64,000 nucleotides of DNA from Eledone cirrhosa (Eukaryota), in contig OZ024743.1 in assembly GCA_964016885.1 (NCBI GenBank), positions 186,310,001 through 186,374,000 of the forward strand, in the 5' to 3' direction. The notes under the pieces are model-generated. The model was not told the DNA's origin. It did not search any database and saw nothing but the letters and a program-made list of their open reading frames with translations. How positions within the stretch are numbered: the stretch's first letter is position 1; each line of letters starts with the position of its first letter. Position numbers and translations under genes: made by a program. Of this stretch, positions 56,751-64,000 are shown one piece after another.

Positions 56751-59700
56751 GTCAGCTCTAACTACTATATCTATAACATAGTATAACAGTAATAATTGAT
56801 GGAAGTGTTTCACTCCTGAGTCAGCTCTGACTATTATATCTATAACATAGTATAACAGTAATAACTGATGGTAGTGTTTCACTCCTAAGTCACCTCTATC
56901 TACTACATCTATAACATAGTATAACAGTAATAATTGATGGTAGTGTTTCACTCCTACGTCAGCTCTAACTACTATATCTATAACATAGTATAACAGTAAT
57001 AATTGATGGTAGTATTTCACTCCTAAGTCAGCTCTAACTACTATATCTATAACATAGTATAACAGTAATAATTGATGGTAGTGTTTCACTCCTAGGTCAG
57101 CTCTAACTACTATATCTATAACATAGTATAACAGTAATAATTGATGGTAGTATTTCACTCCTAAGTCAGCTCTAACTACTATATCTATAACAGTATAACA
57201 GTAATAATTGATGGTAGTGTTTCACTCCTAGGTCAGCTCTAACTACAATATCTATAACATAGTATAACAGTAATAATTGATGGTAGTATTTCACTCCTAA
57301 GTCAGCTCTAACTACTATATCTATAACATGGTATAACAGTAATAATTGATGGTAGTGTTTCACTCCTAGGTCAGCTCTAACTACTATATCTATAACATAG
57401 TATAACGGTAATAATTGATGGTAGTATTTCACTCCTAGGTCAGCTCTAACTACTATATCTATAACATAGTATAACAGTAATAATTGATGGTAGTGTTTCA
57501 CTTCTAGGTCAGCTGTAACTACTATATCTATAACATAGTATAACAGTAATAATTGATGGTAGCGTTTCACTCCTAGGTCTGCTCTAACTACTATATCTAT
57601 AACATAGTATAACAGTATTAATTGATGGAAGTGTTTCACTAATAAGTCAGCTCTAACCTCTATATCTATAACATAGTATAACAGTAATAATTGATGGCAG
57701 TATTTCACTCCTAAGTCAGCTCTAACTACTATATCTATAACATAGTATAACAGTAATAATTGATGGTAGTTTTTCACTCCTAAGTCAGCTCTAACTACTA
57801 TATCTATAACATAGTATTACAGTAATAATTGATGGTAGTGTTTCACTCCTAAGTCAGCTCTAACTACTATATCTATAACATAGTATAACAGTAATAATTG
57901 ATGGTAGTGTTTCACTCCTAGGTCAGCTCTAACTACTATATCTATAACATAGTATAACAGTACATACTGATGGCAGTATTTCACTCCTAAGTCAGCTCTA
58001 ACTACTATATCTATAACATAGTATAACAGTAATAATTGATGGTAGTGTTTCACTACTAGGTCAGCTCTAACTACTATATCTATAACATAGTATAACGGTA
58101 ATAATTGATGGTAGTGTTTCACTCCTAGTTCAGCTGTAACTACTATATCTATAACATAGTATAACAGTAATAATTGATGGTAGCGTTTCACTCCTAGGTC
58201 TGCTCTAACTACTATATCTATAACATAGTATAACAGTAATAATTGACGGTAGTGCTTCACTCCTAGGTCTGCTCTAACTACTATATCTATAACATAGTAT
58301 AACAGAAATAATTGATGGTAGTGTTTCACCAATAAATAAGCTCTGACTACTATACCTATAACATAGTATAACATTAATAATTGATGGTAGTGTTGCACTT
58401 CTTGGTCAGCTCTGACTACTATATCTATAACATAGTATAACAGTAATAAATGATGGTAGTGTTTCACTCCTAGGTCAGCTCTAACTTCTATATCTATAAC
58501 ATAGTATAACAGTAATAATTGATGGAAGTGTTTCACTCCTAAGTCAGCTCTAACTACTATATCTATAACATAGTATAACAGTAATAATTGATGGTAGTGT
58601 TTCACTCCTAGGTCAGCTCTAACTACTATATCTATAACATAGTATAACAGTAATAATTGATGGTAGTGTTTCACTCCTAAGTCAGCTCTAACTACAATAT
58701 CTATAACATAGTATAACAGTAATAATTGATGGGAGTGTTTCACTCCTAAGTCATCTCTGACTACTATATCTATAACATAGTATAACAGTAATAATCGATG
58801 GTAGTGTTTCACTCCTAAGTCAGCTCTAACTACTATATCTATAACATAGTATAACAGTAATAATTGATGGTAGTGTTTCACCCCTAAGTCAGCTCTAACA
58901 AGTATATCTATAACATAGTATAACAGTAATAATCGATGGTAGTGTTTCACTCCTAAGTCAGCTCTAACTACTATATCTATAACATAGTATAACAGTAATA
59001 ATTGATGGAAGTGTTTCACTCCTAAGTCAGCTCTGACTACTATATCTATAACATAGTATAACAGAAATAATTGATGGTAGTGTTTCACTCCTAAGTCAGC
59101 TCTAACTACTATATCTATAACATAGTATAACAATAATAATTGATGGTAGTGTTTCACTCCTAGGTCAGCTCTAACTACTATATCTATAACATAGTATAAC
59201 AGTAATAATTGATGGTAGTGTTTCACTCCTAAGTCAGCTCTAACTGCTATATCTATAACATAGTATAACAGTAATAATTGATGGTAGTGTTTCACTCCTA
59301 GGTCAGCTCTGACTACTATATCTATAACATAGTATAACAGTAATAATTGATGGTAGTGTTTCACTCCTAAGTCAGCTATAACTACTATATCTATAACATA
59401 GTATAACAGTAGTAATTGATGGAAGTGTTTCACTAATAAGTCAGCTCTAACTACCATATCTATAACATAGTATAACAGTAATAATTGATGGTAGTGTTTC
59501 ACTTCTATGTCAGCTCTAACTACTATATCTATAACATAGTATAACAGTAATAATTGATGGTAGTATTTCACTCCTAAGTCAGCTCTAACTACTATATCTA
59601 TAACATAGTATAACAGTAATAATTGATGGTAGTGTTTCACTCCTAGGTCAGCGCTAACTACTATATCTATAACATAGTATAACAGTAATAATTGATGGTA

Positions 59701-62700
59701 GTGCTTCACTCCTAAGTCATCTCTGACTACTATATCTATAACATAGTATAACAGTAATAAATGATGGTTGTGTTTCACTCCTAGGTCAGCTCTAACTACT
59801 ATACCTATAACATAGTATAACAGTACATACTGATGGTAGTGTTTCACTCCTAAGTCAGCTCTAACTACTATATCTATAACATAGTATAACAGTAATAAAT
59901 GATGGTAGTGTTTCACTCCTAGGTCAGCTCTAACTACTATACCTATAACATAGTATAACAGTACATACTGATGGCAGTGTTTCACTCCTAAGTCAGCTCT
60001 AACTACTATATCTATAACATAGTATAACAGTAATAATTGATGGTAGAGTTTCACTCCTAAGTCAGCTCTAACTACTATATCTATAACATAGTATAACAGT
60101 AATAATTGATGGTAGTGTTTCACTTCTAGGTCAGCTCTTACTACTATATCTATAACATAGTATAACAGTAATAATTGATGGTAGTATTTCACTCCTAGGT
60201 CAGCTCAAACTACTATATCTATAACATAGTATAACAGTAATAATTGATGGTAGTGTTTCACTCCTAGGTCTGCTCTAACTTAACTACTATATCTATAACA
60301 TAGTATAACAGTAATATTTGATGGTAGTGTTTCACTCCTAGGTCAGCTCTAACTACTATATCTATAACATAGTATAACAGTAATAATTGATGGTAGTGTT
60401 TCACTCCTAGGTCTGCTCTAACTACTATATCTATAACATAGTATAACAGTAATAATTGACGGTAGTGTTTTACTCCTAGGTCTGCTCTAACTACTATATC
60501 TATAACTTAGTATATCAGTAATAATTGATGGTAGTGTTTCACCCCTAAATAAGCTCTGACTACTATACCTATAACATAGTATAACATTAATAATTGATGG
60601 TAGTGTTTCACTCCTAAGTCAGCTCTAACTACTATATCTATAACATAGTATAACAGTAATAATTGATGGTAGTGTTTCACTCCTAAGTCTGCTCTAACTA
60701 CCATATCTATAACATAGTACAACAGTAATAATTGATGGAAGTGTTTCACTCCTAAGTCAGCTCTAACTATTATATCTATAACATAGTATAACAGTAATAA
60801 TTGATGGTAGTGTTTCACTCCTAAATCAGCTCTGACTACTATATCTATAACATAGTATAACAGTAATAATTGATGGTAGTGTTTCACTCCTAGGTCAGCT
60901 CTAACTACTATATCTATAACATAGTTTAACAGTAATAATTGATGGTAGTGTTTCACTCGTCCATCAGCTCTAACTATTATATCTATAACATAGTATAACA
61001 GTAATAATTGATGGTAGTGTTTCACTCGTACATCAGCTCTAACTATTATATCTATAACATAGTATAACAGTAATAATCGATGGAAGTGTTTCACTCCTAA
61101 GTCAGCTCTGGTTACTATATCTATAACATAGTATAACAGTAATAATCGATGGTAGTGTTTCACTCCTAGATCAGCTCTGACTACTATATCTATAACATAG
61201 TATAACAGTAATAATCGATGGTAGTGTTTCACTCCTAGGTCAGCTCTGATTACTATATCTATAACATAGTATAACAGTAATAATTGATGGAAGTGTTTCA
61301 CTCCTAAGTCAGCTCTAACTACTATATCTATAACATAGTATAACAGTAATAATTGATGGTAGTGTTTCATTGCTAAGTCAGCTCTAACTACTATATCTAT
61401 AACATAGTATAACAGTAATAATTGATGGTAGTGTTTCACCCCTAAATAAGCTCTGACTACTATATATATAACATAGTATAACAGTAATAATTGAGGGTAG
61501 TGTTTCACTCCTAAGTCAGCTCTAACTACTATATTTATAACATAGTATAACAGTAATAATTGATGGTAGTGTTTCACTCCTAAATCAGCTCTAACTACTA
61601 TATCTATAACATAGTATAACAGTAATAATTGATGGTAGTGTTTCACTCCTAGGTCATCTCTGACTACTATATCTATAACATAGTATAACAGTAACAATTG
61701 ATGGTAGTGTTTCACTCCTAGGTCATCTGTGACTACTATATCTATAACATAGTATAACAGTAATAATTGATGGTAGTGTTTCACCCCAAAATCGGCTGTA
61801 ACTACTATATATATAACATAGTATAACAGTAATAATTGATGGTAGTGTTTCACTCCTAGGTCATCTCTGACTACTATATCTATAACATAGTATAACAGTA
61901 ACAATTGATGGTAGTGTTTCACTCCTAGGTCATCTGTGACTACTATATCTATAACATAGTATAACAGTAATAATTGATGGTAGTGTTACACTCCTAGGTC
62001 AGCTCTAACTACTATATCTATAACATAGTACAACAGTAATAATTGATGGTAGTGTTTCACTCGTAGGTCAGCTCTAACTACTATATCTATAACATAGTAT
62101 AACAGTAATAATTGATGGTAGTGTTTCACTCCTAAGTCAGCTCTGACTACTATATCTATAACATAGTATAACAGTAATAATTGATGGTAGTGTTTCACTC
62201 CTAAGTCAGCTCTGACTACTATATCTATAACATAGTATAACAGTAATAATTGATGGTAGTGTTTCACTCCTAGGTCAGCTCTAACTACTATATCTATAAC
62301 ATAGTTTAACAGTAATAATTGATGGTAGTGTTTCACTCCTAAATCAGCCCTAACTACTATATCTATAACATAGTATAACAGTAATAATTGATGGTAGTGT
62401 TTCACTCCTAAGTCAGCTCTAACTACTATATCTATAACATAGTATAACGGTAATAATTGATGGTAGTGTTTCACTCCTAGGTCAGCTCTGACTACTATAT
62501 CTATAAAATAGTATAACAGTAATAATTGATAGTAGTGTTTCATTCCTAAGTCAGCTCTAACTACTATATCTATAACATAGTATAACAGTAATAATTGATG
62601 GTAGTGTTTCACTCCTAGGTCAGCTCTGACTACTATATCTATAACATAGTATAACAGTAATAAATGATGATAGTGTTTCACTCCTAGGTCAGCTCTAACT

Positions 62701-64000
62701 ATTGTATCTATAACATAGTATAACAGTAATAATTGATGGTAGTGTTTCACTCATACGTCAGCTCTAACTATTATATCTATAACATAGTATAACAGTAATA
62801 ATTGATGGTAGTGTTTCACTCATACATCAGCTCTAACCTTTATATCTATAACATAGTATAACAGTAATAATTGATGGAAGTGTTTCACTCCTAGGTCAGC
62901 TCTAACTGCTATATCTATAACATAGTATAACAGTAATAATTGATGGTAGTGTTTCACTCCTAATTCAGCTCTAACTATTATATCTATAACATAGTATAAC
63001 AGTAATAATTGATGGTAGTGTTTCACTCCTAAGTCAGCTCTAACTACTATATCTATAACATAGTATAACAGTAATAAATGATGGTAGTGTTTCACTCCTA
63101 AGTCAGCTCTAACTATTATATCTATAACATAGTATAACAGTAATAATTGATGGTAGTGTTTCACTCCTAATTCAGCTCTAACTATTATATTTATAACATA
63201 GTATAACAGTAATAAATGATGGTAGTGTTTCACTCCTAAGTCAGCACTAACTATTATATCTATAACATAGTATAACAGTAATAATTGATGGTAGTGTTTC
63301 ACTCCTAAGTCAGCTCTAACTACTATATCTATAACATAGTATAACAGTAATAATTGAGGGTAGTGTTTCACTCCTAAGTCAGCTCTTACTACTATATCTA
63401 TAACATAGTATAACAGTAATAATTGATGGTAGTGTTTCACTCCTAGGTCAGCTTTAACTACTATATCTATAACATAGTATAACAGTAATAATTGATGGTA
63501 GTGTTTCACTCCTAGGTCAGCTGTAACTACTATATCTATAACATAGTATAACAGTAATAATTGATGGTAGTGTTTCACTCCTAGGTCAGCTCTAACTACT
63601 ATATCTATAACATAGTATAACAGTAATAATTGATGGTAGTGTTTCACTCCTAAGTCAGCTCTTACTACTATATCTATAACATAGTATAACAGTAATAATT
63701 GATGGTAGTGTTTCACTCCTAAGTCAGCTCTGACTACTATATCTATAACATAGTATAACAGTAATAATTGATGGTAGTGTTTCACCCCTAAATAAGCTCT
63801 GACTACTATATCTATAACATAGTATAACAGTAATAATTGATGGTAGTGTTTCACTTCTAGGTCAGCTCTTACTACTATATCTATAACATAGTATAACAGT
63901 AATAATTTGATGGTAGTGTTTCACTCCTAAGTCAGCTCTAACTACTATATCTATAACATGGTATAACATTAATAATTGATGGTAGTGTTGCACTTCTTGG
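56750..64000. repeat. Right satellite domain: largely monomeric, only short local duplications, many private variants
   Basis: Left-domain marker cassettes are absent. New variants appear: CAGTACATACTG, TAAATAAGCT, GTCATCT, CTATTATATC, CTCTTACT. No multi-kb ORF pairing is visible in the track. Confidence 0.7.

Larger units (their letters stand above)
1..64000. repeat. 69-bp tandem satellite array, ~927 monomers, single orientation, extends beyond both window ends
   Basis: The same 69-mer recurs head-to-tail from base 1 to 64000, usually with 0-4 substitutions per copy and rare indels. No unique intervening sequence was seen. The ORF track shows the matching 23-aa period throughout. Confidence 0.99.

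Noticed and set aside
1-63854. Minus-strand ORFs encoding (KHYHQLLLLYYVIDIVVRADLGV)n, up to 791 aa
   Set aside because: They are a by-product of a 69-bp unit with one stop-free frame. The listed starts are mostly the repeat's own GTG. There is no unique N- or C-terminus. Several different nonsense variants (CAA>TAA, TAC>TAA, AAA>TAA, GGA>TGA) and frameshifts have been freely amplified.
1-64000. CRISPR array (period of 69 bp is in the repeat-plus-spacer range)
   Set aside because: There are no unique spacers: all 69 positions are conserved between units. No cas genes or leader are present.
1-64000. Currently translated giant repeat protein under a stop-reassigned code (TAA/TAG = Gln opens plus frames 1 and 3 of the consensus)
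   Set aside because: Frame +3 frequently has TGA at the first stop position, and inherited 1- and 2-bp indels recur throughout. No frame stays open across the array. The genetic code of the source is unknown.
1-64000. No CpG in the consensus as evidence of methylation-driven decay
   Set aside because: With 12 C and 9 G in 69 bp only about 1.5 CpG are expected, so zero is not informative.
1-64000. Hidden insertion, inversion or transposon within the array
   Set aside because: No non-satellite stretch or strand switch was seen on reading through. All ORF-track entries stay on the same strand with the same repeat. A very short insertion could have been missed by eye.
1-64000. Rolling-circle or concatemer sequencing artefact
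   Set aside because: Variants recur in ordered, hierarchically duplicated cassettes with region-specific distributions, which random error on one template would not produce.

Overview
The whole 64 kb window is one uninterrupted head-to-tail tandem array of a 69-bp, AT-rich (21/69 G+C, ~30%) monomer, about 927 copies, all in one orientation and running off both ends. Consensus: TTGATGGTAGTGTTTCACTCCTAAGTCAGCTCTAACTACTATATCTATAACATAGTATAACAGTAATAA. It looks like eukaryotic-type satellite DNA; the organism cannot be identified from this window. I found no credible gene, RNA gene, mobile element or CRISPR array. The minus-strand ORFs arise because 69 = 23 x 3 and one frame lacks a consensus stop. 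Variant monomers show layered higher-order structure: kb-scale duplications whose offsets are whole numbers of monomers, a variant-defined left domain (~1.3-27 kb), and a more monomeric right end. Two observations go beyond plain satellite. (1) A plus-strand frame absent from the ORF track reads L*LLYL*HSITVIIDGSVSLLSQ, with leucine-rich-repeat spacing, suggesting the monomer may derive from one LRR-coding unit. (2) Three independent multi-base variants each perfect a local quasi-palindrome, as expected from template-switch mutagenesis. Both are hypotheses from reading by eye.
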